DNA of 63,920 bases, filler included, from Choristocarpus tenellus KU-1152 (GCA_964200185.2; 9 parts of 9 records of this genome joined end to end with filler, not necessarily neighbours in it), one strand, 5' to 3'. Shown: positions 13,250 to 25,463, numbered from the whole stretch's first letter. The notes: generated by a model not told the origin, from the sequence alone. A program made the numbers and translations.

Positions 13250-15558
13250 GACCAAAGCTGTGAGTATGCTCCATTCTTTCTGGGGTGAGGAGGGTGGGGG
13301 ATGGAGGTGNNNNNNNNNNATGGAGGTGGGGGGGGTTGCCTCAGGTGACCCTTAAGTGCAAAGGGACTAATATGTTATGCACACGCATGAGAATTTTGTA
13401 TTTCCTGTTCTTGATGGCAGATGTGTGCAATTTGAAGAAATTTTACATTTTGAGTTGTACGATCTATCTTGTCATTGCGAGTGTCGTAACATTTGTGAAT
13501 TTAACTGTATCCACAAAATCTCTGTCCCTGGTGCGAGGTCAGATTGATATGTACAGGTTAGGCATGTTTTGCAAACTGTAGCATTGTGCAACTATGTAAC
13601 CTGCTTTATTGAGGAGGAACTGAAACAATTCTTTGTGTGGTCACTACTACTGTGTAATACTGTGTTACAATGATGGGTCTGCTACACGAAGAGATCAAGA
13701 ACTTTTTTATTTTAGTAATATTCTCATGTAGTTATCACCATATGTGCCCTCCCACACTCTTGTTACAGATCCCACTGACAACTGAGAAAAGCCATGATCT
13801 CTGTAGTACAGACTACATTTATATCAGAGTCATTACTGTATTCTTCAAATAAATTGATTTTTTGAAATCCCACACCCAATCGCACATTATGAGATGACAC
13901 AGTTATTGTGATGTTAACTAAGGCAAGATAAGAAGAGAACCTAGGTAGTCCACTCTGCATGTCCCCCTAATGTTTGTTGAACTGCTGCTTTTGAAGGACA
14001 ACATAACACACTCTGCTGCTCCGCTTTCCTCGCTCAATGATCATTAGAGAATGGTGAAGATGCACTTGATGTCCCTTTCTTACAACTTCATTTCACAATT
14101 GTCCTCCACTGTACACACTTCATTGGTAAATATCTCTCCCTCTGTCCCTCGCTTTCTCTTTGTGTCTTGCCCTAGGTCATTTGTGTGTTTGGCAGCTCGA
14201 TGTCCTTCTGCCTCCTCAACAAATTGCTGCAAAGGGCAATATCACCTTCCGCCAGCACCGACTCTCTTCAAATCCAACCAGTCGCATCACCACCCTGACA
14301 CTGCTACTCCCTCTATTACTCCCACATCCACAGCCCCTGCTGCCATGAAGTCTCCCTCGTCACATGCCTCTATCCCTCCGTGTGCGAGATTATGGACTGG
14401 AGAGGGGCATTGCAGTGGTGGAAATAATGCCAGGAGTGATAGCTGCAGTATCTGGAATTGTGTCACGTCTCCACAATGGCTGTTGCGCCTCTATCGATCC
14501 ACCAATAGTGGTTGCAATATGGCAGCTGTACAGGTCTTGTCACCCTGTGTCCTTCCTGCTCCACTCCAAACCTCTCCAGCCCCTGCCCTGAATGCAACCT
14601 GTTGTACAAACTGCTCAAGAATAGTGGCTTCTGGCTATCCCCCTACACCAGAAGTACGAGTTCGAGTTGTGTATATTTGTGATGTAAGAAAACTCATGGC
14701 ACTAGCAGCATGTCCAAAGAATTGCAATGGGGAAGGTCTCTTTTGTGCTGGTGATTTGAGGGCTTGTTCTAAAGGTGGGAAGGCGGGACAGGGTGGAGGG
14801 AAGGGAGAGAGCAGGTGTGAGGGTCACTGGGGAGGATGTACTACTGTGCGAGGGGGGGGGGAGAGCAGTGATGCTGCATCTCATGATACTGATAGTACAG
14901 TAGGGTGGAATAGACCCTACAATGTGGATGGAAAGGGGGATGGTGATAATCATGGCAGCAGTGTTGCTAGGGGGCAACAGCTCTGTGCACAATNNNNNNN
15001 NNNNNNNNNNNNNNNNNNNNNNNNNNNNNNNNNNNNNTTAATTAATTAANNNNNNNNNNNNNNNNNNNNNNNNNNNNNNNNNNNNNNNNNNNNCCAAACC
15101 CCACAAAAATCCCGCCATGAAAAAATTGACCCCAAAGGGACAGCCGCCCCCCCCCCCCCCAGATACGTTGAGACTGCAATCCACAGAATCGCGATTATCG
15201 TTTCACCCACATAGTCTAATCTTCATCTCTGCCTACTTGGCGCAATGATCATTCATATTTGACTCGGGCAGCCCTAGAGACCCCCTGGTAGCAACACTGA
15301 TCATTCCCATAGCCACACTGACTCCTCAACTGGTCCGGTTAGGGACGCCCTCCCAAGTCAGCATGCTATTCCAGAGATGCCATCATGTCTCACATAGCCT
15401 GAGAATCATCATTTTGCGAAAGCCCCATTCGTCCATGGCACGCCCATTACCAGTCTCGGTTTGACACAGGCTCACGGACGATTCTTCACAACACCGTTAC
15501 GGGCTACCCTGAGGTCACCTTTCCCTTCTGTGCCACAGCTAGCTGGCTCCAACACATT

Positions 15559-15733
15559 GGCTCAAAGTATCTGGGGGAAGGAGGGGGGTCTACACCAAGG
15601 TGTCCATTTGGACCCTGACCAGGAAAAGTGCACTTGCACTATCCATCCATTGCATGCAACCAAATTAACCCAAAAATCATGGAAAAATGGACTCTGAATG
15701 GACAGTCGCCACCCCCCCCCAGGTACTTGAGCC
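15559..15733 (+). mobile_element. MITE family B copy
   Basis: TIRs GGCTCAAAGTATCTGGGG / CCCCAGGTACTTGAGCC; TSD ATT (or CATT). Confidence 0.85.
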
Positions 15734-15990
15734 ATTTCTTTGTGAGATCTGGATCTCTCTTTCGACCTGCTAGTTATCTCAGCCAGCAAAAAAGGCGAAA
15801 GAGGGGTCGTTGTGGGGTGGAGGGATAACAACGGCAACCAACTACTATTCGAATACGCAAACGTACATTGGTGACGTTTACTGCACTACAGTAGTTGAGA
15901 AAAAAACAGCAGAAGATACTAGTAGGAGTAATTATAGTTACTGTAGTGGTATATAGTATGTAATATAAAGTGGTTTAGATATGCACATAC

Positions 15991-16161
15991 CTGCACATCA
16001 CCGAGAAAATGCATGAGATGTAGAGATGCAGTAGTGATGTTACAGGCGAATAACACAGGTATTTCTTCCAGTGCTCCATCCAGCGTGGGCAGTGTAAGCG
16101 CATGTGGAACCCCAAAAGGGGAACTCCGGTTTGCTAAAAGTTGCAGAGTAAGATCTGTAAC
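15991..16161 (-). CDS. Isolated putative exon of an unknown gene (57 codons)
   Basis: ttcccag|GTT...CAG|gtatgt; VTDLTLQLLANRSSPFGVPHALTLPTLDGALEEIPVLFACNITTASLHLMHFLGDVQ. A frameshifted paralogous copy lies at ~16640-16800. Confidence 0.4.
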
Positions 16162-16215
16162 CTGGGAATGTATGCAACGGTTTCAGTTGTATTCAATGTC
16201 TGTAAACCGGAATAA

Positions 16216-16440
16216 GAGTCAAAGTATCTTAGAGGGTAGAGCCGCATCCGTTTGGGGGGCAAAATCCAACGTTGTGATTTTGATATAATTTCGGCTATCA
16301 TGTTTGTTAGGAAGTGTCAGTATCCTTGTTCCAGACACTTCTTTTCATAACATAGTAAAATGTCATTAAAAAAACGTGGGAAGACAAGCTCCAAACCGAC
16401 AAACAGGGAAAGACTCGTACCCTCTAAGATACGTTCACTC
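16216..16440 (+). mobile_element. MITE family A copy (internally deleted)
   Basis: TIRs GAGTCAAAGTATCTTAGAGGGTA / TACCCTCTAAGATACGTTCACTC. Confidence 0.85.
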
Positions 16441-19093
16441 TCAATTAACGGTAAATTATGATCAAGAGATTGCTCGCATCTCATGTAAGATACTTTCCCT
16501 CTAAATTAGCGGTAAATGATGATCAAGAGATTGCTCATATCTCACGTTTCTGATACCAATTCTTACACATGTGCTTATTTACTCAGAAAATTGCGTTCAT
16601 CTGCTGACCTGATTTTCATCTTCCTCGTTGGATCTTTTGACTGTGAGTATTGTTAGAGGCGAATAGCGCAAGTATTTCTTCCCGCGCTTTAACCAGCGCG
16701 AGCAGTATACACGCGTGGGGAACCCCAAAAGGGGGAACTCCGATTTGCCAAGAAGTTGCAGAATAAAGTCTGTAACTCGTCGCAAAGGTTCTCAAGTATA
16801 TTCCAATGTTTGTAAACCAAAGAAGCCCCAACGGTAAATGATGATAAGAGATCCTAAAAACGGCTCCAAACGGCTCAGTTCTCTCTTAACTGATACCAAT
16901 ACACACTTCTCTTATACAGATTGATTCAATTGAGAGTACCCCTGTTCTGCTGAGCTGACGCTCGATAATCTTTGAATTGGACTTGGCTTGTACATCCTGG
17001 GAAGGTGAGCATTGAGGGGCGCCTGTAACAGTATCCCATGAGACCTGCACAAGCATCAGCGCCATCTATTGGCCTATAGATTGGAGTTATACATCCCATG
17101 GAGGTACGCTTTGGAGCGTGCTGTAACAGTAACTACATGTGCACCAAAAAATAACATAAAATAATTTCGAGCAGACTGCCTACCCATGGCCATACCCCTA
17201 GCCCAACGTAAAACTTTCCCAATCCGTGGTAGGGTATAAGCAGGAAGTCATATTTCCCTTGGTTACAACGTTGCACTTTCTTTCCATTAAACCCTTGTGA
17301 GGTCTCATCCAAATACTCTGAGAATAACACTGTCTATACTCTCATGGGTCTCAGTATTTATTTTTTTTGCTAAGAATATGCATCACACAGTTTTCAAAAT
17401 ATCTGTCCCTTTTCTGCTTCGAATTTTGGTCACTTTACTCCTTTATCCCCACCAAAACAAGTATATTTACAGTATCACGTACTCTGAGTTCTTTCTCTGA
17501 CAGAAGAGACCGTGAACACATGACTTAGCTGGAACTATTCCTGCGTAGGCAACAGTGAAAATACAAGAAGAGAATACTACCACACATTCTCTGCCCATCT
17601 CAACTTTAAGAGTCACACACAGCAATGTGCCCACTCTTCCAACACACACGCACACCCTGGTCTTCGATTGCCTCCCATCAGAAAAATCGTCTTCTCAGGC
17701 ACCCAAAACGGGCATGATAGCGCAACTATCATGAGAACACTCAACCTCCCAAATCCCGAACCAAAATAGGAACATTGAGTTCTACATTCAAATAGGTTAA
17801 TCATCACCAGCAAATACGTTTCCACCATCCACTGTGCTCAACACTCAACAGGTTTAGACACATATACAAGTTCCCTCCACACTGGAATAGTACACACTGC
17901 TAAACTGCTGCCCACCAGTTGTCTTTGGCAGTATAACACCAGACATCATCAGTCTCAGGTGTTTCACTCACAGGCCTCTGTAGAGATATTTTGCTTCACT
18001 TAGAATTTGTCCTCCCCTCTCCTCCCCTCTTCCACCCCCTATTCTTTAAGGTCCCACAACAGGTCCTCTACTCATTCGTATGATGCAAATGATCTCTGAG
18101 GTTGAAGCAGTGGACTCAGCCAGGATTCGCCGTACAAGTCGCATCTTCCTTTCTTAATACCCCACTTTAAAATATAATGAGAACTCTTGCAAATCAAACA
18201 TGTAAGAGCCATTTAAATAGAGGCAGATATATGTATCCTTTCAAGAAAGAACCCATAATCCAAGTTCACGGTTTACCCTCCTCCAACATACGCGATAATA
18301 CAGACAAAATTATCACAACCTTGCAAACTGGGCTCAACCACAGTACTTGAAGATTTCTAAAATAAATTATCCTCAAACGAGTTATTGATAGTATTTGTTG
18401 TTGTTATGATTTTATTAGTGTTATACTATTATCATTACTTGTCTTCACTGTTGCCTAGGGACTATCCCAACGTATGGTCAGAGGAATTACGCACAGTAGT
18501 AAAACTACTTCTCATATTAACTACTGTGAGTAGTTTTTGAAATACAGCTTATTTTGCAGCATCTTTTCATATGTTGCTTCTCATGCGCTAGGTTCAGTCA
18601 TCCCACCACTCAACTCTCCGCCTCCTCTCACAAACCGTTTTTACGCTGCTGGCCGCGCCTCTGTGTTGCCACCTCGATCTCGGTAGGACTTTTTAAAGTG
18701 GTATATCACCAGATAGGATACTACAGCACTTGGTGTACAGTCCGTTTTGCTCGTCATGTGGAATTGGGTAATTCAAAACAGATTTCCACTGCACGAAGTC
18801 TGGCGTCAATGGGTCCAAACTTGCAAAATTCCTGCAAATGACATCCTCCTTAATCACTGTGCACGACGGGGATGCCCTATCGGTGAAACCCAACAAAGAA
18901 AATACTTGCCAAACCTCCCCTGACACTATTCAAATGGGAAGAAATAATTGACAAACGACATGTGACCCAAAGTATCTGGGAGGGGGGAGGGGTNNNNNNN
19001 NNNNNNNNNNNNNNNNNNNNNNNNNNNNNNNNNNNNNTTAATTAATTAANNNNNNNNNNNNNNNNNNNNNNNNNNNNNNNNNNNNNNNNNNNN

Positions 19094-19315
19094 GGGGGGG
19101 TGACGAGAAATCAGTGGTGAAAGGGGTTCGCCCGGGTGGTCATCGGATGGAAGGGGTGACTGGAAATCAGTGGCAAAAGGGGTTTGCCCTGGTTGGTCAT
19201 CAGAAGTGGGGTGGCTGGAAATTAGGGGCAAAAGGGGTTTGCCCTGGTTGGTCATCAGAGTTGGGGTGGCTGGAAATCAGTGGCAAAGGGGTTTTGCCCT
19301 GGTTGGTCACAAGGG
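19094..19315. repeat. 55-bp G-rich tandem repeat (~4 units)
   Basis: Unit GGAAATCAGTGGCAAAAGGGGTTTGCCCTGGTTGGTCATCAGAAGTGGGGTGGCT starting at 19162, 19217 and 19272. Confidence 0.9.
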
Positions 19316-19940
19316 AGGTTAGAATAGGGAGAGGAGAGGATTAGGGAGGAATGCAAAAATAGAAAATAAAATAATAATAATAATCCAGAATTCGTGAGCA
19401 AAACAAAGATGAGTTTTGCTCTCTTCGCTAATATGTTGAAATTTATATGTATGTCTGTGATGACGTAGAACTAAAACAAATACTTGCAGTTGTATATATA
19501 TACATCTTTCCATCCTCTATTTCTTCATTAGTGTGACAGGGTCAAAACGTCAAATTTGCATCTTTATTTCATATATTGTAATATAATTTGAATAATTATA
19601 TTATAGTGCATAAAAAAAACTTTCCCCAAAACACATTTGTCCCCGCACTCCTTGGCTCGCGAGTGCCCGCATATGCGTGGCACACCTTTTCAGGATATTC
19701 TAACCAGGGCGGTTCGGTTCTCGATATATCCAACATCCCATTGTCGACGTGTTGAATGTTGGGTGTCACCCAACACGGCCCTACTCCGCCGAACACTTCA
19801 TGACCTAATATTGTGAATGCCCTCTCGTCCGAACAAAGTGGTAGCATTACTGATGTTTGCATCATCAACATCGAACTCGAGTGCCAAAGGGAAACAAACC
19901 CACCAACCCATATTGTAACCTAACTTAAATCCCACTCAGG

Positions 19941-20343
19941 AAACGGGGACTCAAGAGACTGCTGCTCAAGACCAGTGCCGCTTGTTCATGGAAGAAATCC
20001 AAAACGGACCAGATCATGGACCTCTTCCTCTCCATGTTTGTCAATCACGATGGTCTAGAAGAGATGAAAGGAGGCGTCTTTGGTTCGGATGGGAATTCCC
20101 GTAGTACACTACTTCTTTGCCTCCTGTCACGGCAAGTCCTTGTCTGATGGAGTCGGGGTTGTGGTGGAGTCTGCTGCCAGGATACTGGAACTAGATGAGG
20201 TGCGCATGGTAGGAACCTCATCCCTAGTGGAGACAAACAAGGCTGCCAAAACTCAATGCACCTTGAGGGATCCGACACTAGAGGAAGAGTGGCGCTACCG
20301 CAAAGGCCATAAGGTTCCTCCCGGACAGGCAATCATGACAAAG
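19941..20343 (+). pseudogene. Decayed DDD/E transposase fragment, Sola2-like
   Basis: ..MKGGVFGSDG, then a frameshift to GIPVVHYFFASCHGKSLSDGVGVVVESAAR. This resembles the recalled 'fSDG...G.p.eWhFFAtsHGKspcDGiGgtvKr.aar' catalytic motifs. Family assignment is from memory, not a search. Confidence 0.6.
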
Positions 20344-21485
20344 GTAGGCACACTCCACATGACGATCCCCCCCACTCACAAAGATCGGCCTCTGTTTGCC
20401 ACTGGCGACAACCCCAACCCGTACGCCCCTTGCCCACCTATACACCAAACATGCAATATATACCATTCAAAGTTGTGTCACATCCGTGACTCCCTTCACA
20501 TCGACACGACACACAGTGTCAGGATCGCACATACACACTTCTCAATTGACCGCACAGACAGTCTGTGCACACTTACAACCATCACCACCTATTTTGCATA
20601 AGTCTTCCAACCGGCAAACTCGTGCAAAACACTAAGTTATTATTTTCTGTATGGTATCAACGTCTGCCATGTACCTAAGCCTAACCCTACAGGAATAGGT
20701 AGCACATATACTACATGCATACCCCCCCCACACTCACAATAATCGGCCTCTGTTTGCCACTGGTGACAACCCTAACCCGTACGCACCTTGTCCACCAATG
20801 CACTAAACACGCCATAGAAATCGTTGCAAATTGTGTCACATCCGTGCCTTCCCTTCACATTGACACCATGCGCGACATGCTAATCACACATACACACTTC
20901 TCAGTCGACCGCACACCGTCCATGCACACTTGCAAACATCGCCCTCTATTTTGCATAAGCCTGCCAACCGACAAACTAACCCAAATATCTAAGTTATCGT
21001 TTTCTTCCCCATATTAACGCGTGTCGTTTACCAAACAAATGTTACAGGAACAGGTAGCACATATACGACGTGCACGGTCCCCCCCCCACTCACAATAATC
21101 GGCCTCTGTTTGCCACTGGCGACAGACTCCGAGCCAAAATATCTTAGAGGGCAGAGTCGTGTTCGTCTAGGGGGTCGAAACCCAATGTTGCAATTTTGAT
21201 GTAATTTTGGCTATCGTGTTTGTTAGGAAATGCCAATATCCTTGTTCCGGACACACCTTTTCATAACGTATACATTTTATCTACTCCAAAAAATTGTGGA
21301 GTAGGAAAATGTCATTAAAAAACCCGAGGGAAGTCAAGTCCCAAATGGACAAACAGGGCAAAACTAGTACCCTCTAAGATACTTTCACTCTCCCCTCCTG
21401 CCCCTTGCCAACCCATACACTAAACACGCAATAGATATCGTTGACCCATTATGTCACATCCGTGCCTACCCTTCTCATCGACAAG
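20344..21485 (+). repeat. 355-bp tandem triplication (third copy truncated and interrupted by a MITE)
   Basis: Units start with GTAG at 20344, 20699 and 21054 and share CCCCCACTCACAA..ATCGGCCTCTGTTTGCCACTGG and TGTCACATCCGTG. Confidence 0.9.
21131..21390 (+). mobile_element. MITE family A copy (260 bp)
   Basis: GAGCCAAAATATCTTAGAGGG...CCCTCTAAGATACTTTCACTC; TSD TCC; inserted into unit 3 of the 355-bp repeat. Confidence 0.92.
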
Positions 21486-22150
21486 GCAATCCCGCCCAAA
21501 CACATGCCAATAGTCCAACACATCAACACAGCCCTTGCAACGAACATCTTTGTGCTGATGCAGGACGCACAACCGGGTCCCCGGGTCATGCCCCTTCAGG
21601 CTATCATCGTCCCGGACTTCACAGACATCCACCACAACCACCTGGACAACACATTCACGACCCTGCCTGGTCAATACCAGAGGTTCATCTCAGAATCCAA
21701 CCAGCAATCCCTCAGTGGGATACTTGCTCGCTTCTCCAAGCAACTCAGACTTGGGGACACATCCGATGCCAGGTTCGGTCGAGGAACCAGCTTCATCCTA
21801 TGCATGAGTTCGGGGTCTATCGTACAGGGGAAGGTCAGTGATGTTCACGTAGATGGTTCAGGGGCGAACATTTACTCAGTGTCCTACCTTCTGGACGATG
21901 GCAAAAATTCTTTGCCCCCTCATCTGAGGTCGTACATGAGACAGAGGACGAGATAGAGGAGGGTGTCGACCAACTTCGGGAGAAGAACAAGAGGGACAGT
22001 GTCGAGGCTGCAGCCCAGCACGTCAGACAACGCCGCCGGTCGATGGTTCGTCTCCAGTGGAAGCGTATTGACATGGAGAAGGATACGGAGAAATATATAC
22101 TCCTTGAACCGACACTGAGGGCTGTGCCGGATTTAGATGAGGGAGTGTTA
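21486..22150 (+). pseudogene. Frameshifted coding remnant with Tudor-like segment, possibly the 3' part of the transposon gene
   Basis: ORF 21441-21956 contains VQGKVSDVHVDGSGANIYSVSYLLDDG; a shifted frame continues SEVVHETEDEIEEGVDQLREKNKRD..MVRLQWKRID. Confidence 0.35.
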
Positions 22151-22355
22151 AGAATATGTTTTTTACTCATGTGTAAAAGAAGATTCTGTAGAAGAAACAA
22201 TCTAAGAATGAAGAGATGGTATTTGTATTTTGACGAATAAGAAGATAAGGTTGGGNNNNNNNNNNNNNNNNNNNNNNNNNNNNNNNNNNNNNNNNNNNNT
22301 TAATTAATTAANNNNNNNNNNNNNNNNNNNNNNNNNNNNNNNNNNNNNNNNNNNN

Positions 22356-22620
22356 AAAATAGTACATCCAGATTATGTATGGAATTATGTATTGGTATTT
22401 ATTCTGCATTCAACTAACTTTGACATGACCGTTGACTCAGATAGGAAGCACAAATAAATAATAAACAAGCAATTAGAAGACATAATACACAAAGGCCACT
22501 CTTCTAGATTTCAACCATCCATTCCTTTTTTTACGTTCAGCAAAGGGGGTCGTGTGAGGCTTCACACTCTCTTATCTTCACTACTGAGAAATAGCATTAC
22601 CTCCCAAGGTAATTTGCACA
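22356..22620 (+). mobile_element. Copia LTR (3' or solo copy, truncated by gap)
   Basis: Diverged direct repeat of 24170-24426; ends ..GGTAATTTGCACA and is not followed by a PBS. Confidence 0.8.
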
Positions 22621-22932
22621 GATATCACCATATGATGACCCACCACTGAATAGATCACCGATTAGAGCGTGCAGCTGGTATTTATTGGAATAGCTTTCAA
22701 CAGGGCAGGGTTTGAGGATACCTTATAAATCAGGTGGTTGTACATCTTTCTGTACTATCGTGTGTGTATGTCTTCTGTAATGCCACAAAAAAGCCGAACA
22801 CGGTCGAGGTTAGAAATAAAGAAGTTACATTAATAACTAGGACCAATGGTTGGTGGTAGTATGAGATGTAGTGAAGTGTGTAGTACTTCTAAACGCACTC
22901 ATCAACAGTGTTGGCAGTCGCCTCTAGGATGA

Positions 22933-23245
22933 GACCAACCTTGATTGTATTGAAAGGGTTGCCCAACGATTTAAATTACGATGAGCATATCAAATGAAAG
23001 CTCTAGATCTAAGCTATCACTGGTGCAAAGGAATGTTTTCGGAAAAGTTTTTTGGTAAGGTTAAATTTTAACCGAATGTTCTGGGCATAACCTTGGAAAT
23101 GTTCCGAAATGAATGATCACGACCAAACTTATTTTTCCGAATACAACCTTTTGGACCAGTGATAGCTTAGATCCAGAGCTTTCATTTGATATGCTCATCG
23201 TGGATAAACTCGTTGGGCAACCCTTCAAAAAAATCTAGATTGGTC
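22933..23245. repeat. Long inverted repeat / foldback (~115-bp arms, ~85-bp loop)
   Basis: GGGTTGCCCAACGA..ACGATGAGCATATCAAATGAAAGCTCTAGATCTAAGCTATCACTGGT pairs with ACCAGTGATAGCTTAGATCCAGAGCTTTCATTTGATATGCTCATCGT..TCGTTGGGCAACCC. Confidence 0.92.
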
Positions 23246-23302
23246 ACCGCCAAAACGGTACGTGGGCTAATCTCGGCTTAATACTGTTTAAGCCACTAAC
23301 AG

Positions 23303-23638
23303 GACACGATTCTAGTTGAGCGTCTTGGAGGACACTGCTTGATCCTTCCAAAGTACCAATGTGAATTGAATCCGATAGAGATGGTCTGGGGGCGGACGAA
23401 GCACTATGTACGAGGGCACTGTGACTACATTTTGCCTGGAATGAGAGCCAACATTCTTGTCAATCTTAAGGAGGAAGGGGGACTGTCCAGAGCAATTGCG
23501 GAGAGGTTCTTCAGGTTGAGCATTGAAAATCACCTGATATATTCCAACGAGAAAGGTATGGAGTGCACCAAATTGGACAGGGTGTACATGACCTTTAAGT
23601 CTCATAGGAGGCCTGCACTATCAGAATACCTCATTTGA
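23303..23638 (+). mobile_element. IS630/Tc1-mariner (DDE_3-type) transposase C-terminal fragment
   Basis: HCLILPKYQCELNPIEMVWGRTKHYVR matches the LPkfHcELNPIE..W catalytic-Glu motif; C-terminal KSHRRP. Confidence 0.8.
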
Positions 23639-24150
23639 CTTGGCATGGATTGTCTGGTTCAGAGGGATGGGCCACCATGAGTGAGCTGTACCCAGCAGGT
23701 GACAACATCGCATAATTGGGAAATAATTGAAAGAGAATGGAGAGACAACAACGCCCATGTTCTCCGGGTGAAGATGTCCTCTTCAGGCGTCCGGTTCATC
23801 CTTAAATGCGCGGTTCGCGCGCGCCACCTGGCACCCCCTGTACCAACCATGCGCGAGGACTACTTGATTTAAGTATAGTCCTGTATTTCTCACGATTACT
23901 GCAAGTTGACCAACCGAGACCCAACAAATAAGGTTAAGCATGCTGATGCGATTACAACAAACGAATTTCCATGAAAAAATTGTTGTTGGTCAAAAGTTAT
24001 GGGACGACAAAGTTGATGCAGGAGGCGACTACCAATACTACATATCCAAAATTGTGGAAAGCATGTTTGTCTGTTGTTCTATGCGAAATAGGACAATAGT
24101 GAGGTGTAACTTATTTTTTGTACGAGAGATAGTCATTTTGATTGAGTCCA

Positions 24151-25463
24151 TGTGATGTAACTAATGAGAAAGTACATCAGAATTATGAATGAAATATGTA
24201 TAGGTTTTGTTGATTTGAATTCAACTACTTTGATTCACTTGTTGACTTCTGTAGGAAGCACAAATAATAATAAACAAGCAATGAGAAGACACCATACACA
24301 AAGGTCACTCTTCTACTTTCAACCATTCATTCTTTTTCACGTTCAGCAAAGGGGGTCGTGTGAGGCTTCACACCCTATTATCTTCACTACTGAGAAATAG
24401 CATTACCTCTCAAGGTAATTTGCACAGGTTATGAACCTAAGTAGTATGGAGACTGACCTGAAGAAACTTGCTGTCTGGACAGGGGCAACAGGAAGATCAT
24501 TGGAGACCTGGTCAACTTGGAGACTGTGACTGATCGCCTACGCTGGTGGAAAGGGCTTGTACGAGATTATGACAAGGGACTAGGAGATTCTCGAAACACC
24601 CACCACCATCTCGGGAGAGGCAGTGCGTATGGCACATACCATATACTCCAAGAATAACAAGGCGTTATGGTTCCTCCTTCTACAAACAACAAAAGGATCA
24701 GCATCCACGATTGTAGCGAATTACGAAAATGGAGGTCAACCAGACGGCAGAGGAGCTTGGTTGGAACTAGAACGAGTCAACGGTGGACACACGGAGGACG
24801 AAATCCTCGTACAATAATCACGTTGAGGCAAAACTCCGAGAATTATGGTGCACAGCGTCTCAGGACAGCACCGATTTTGTCGTCAAACTCGAACGACTAT
24901 TTTCAGAATTCAATGAGCTCAAGGAGCCTAAATCCGAAAACATCAAGAGGGCATCCATACTACTTGGGATCAAGGAATCAATGCCACATGTGTTTGCGCA
25001 ATTGATAACACGCCCGGACATCAGCTATGAGGAGCTCAAACGAGCAGTCATCTCGTCGACAACTTACCTTCGCTCGGGTCAAGATGGTCATGATGGGGTA
25101 TTAGCTATGCATGGCAATGTGAAGAATGACCATGCTCGGAAGACCAGGGGATCATCTGGAAGCAGCCTCAGGCCAAACCAATGTGGAAATTGTTTAAGGA
25201 TGAACCATCGATGGAAGAATTGCTACCAATACTTAAATGGAAAACCGCCGGCAACACGTCCGCCTGGGATGGCACCCGGAACATTTCCGCCACCTCGAAC
25301 TCGTGGGAGCAGCAACAAAGTTGACGGAAACCAAGTGCACTCCTTCTCCAGTTTCAAGGTTATAGCAGACGAGGAGGTTAACAAAAGTGCGGTGTTCAAC
25401 CCCTCCAGTGGAAGACAAGTCGAGATATTATGTGACTCTGGAGCAAACGTACATCTTACACCT
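24151..25463 (+). mobile_element. Ty1/Copia LTR retrotransposon 5' part (LTR, PBS, decayed gag, protease start)
   Basis: LTR ends CA at 24426 (start uncertain) and is followed by PBS GGTTATGAACC. Gag begins at ATG 24446 with two stops and a frameshift, includes AWLELER and zinc knuckle CGNCLRMNHRWKNC; protease ILCDSGANVHL is cut by the gap. Confidence 0.92.

Noticed and set aside
22356-24426. Two LTRs as the ends of one element carrying the DDE fragment
   Set aside because: PBS and gag follow the second LTR, the first has no PBS, and the two copies are clearly diverged.
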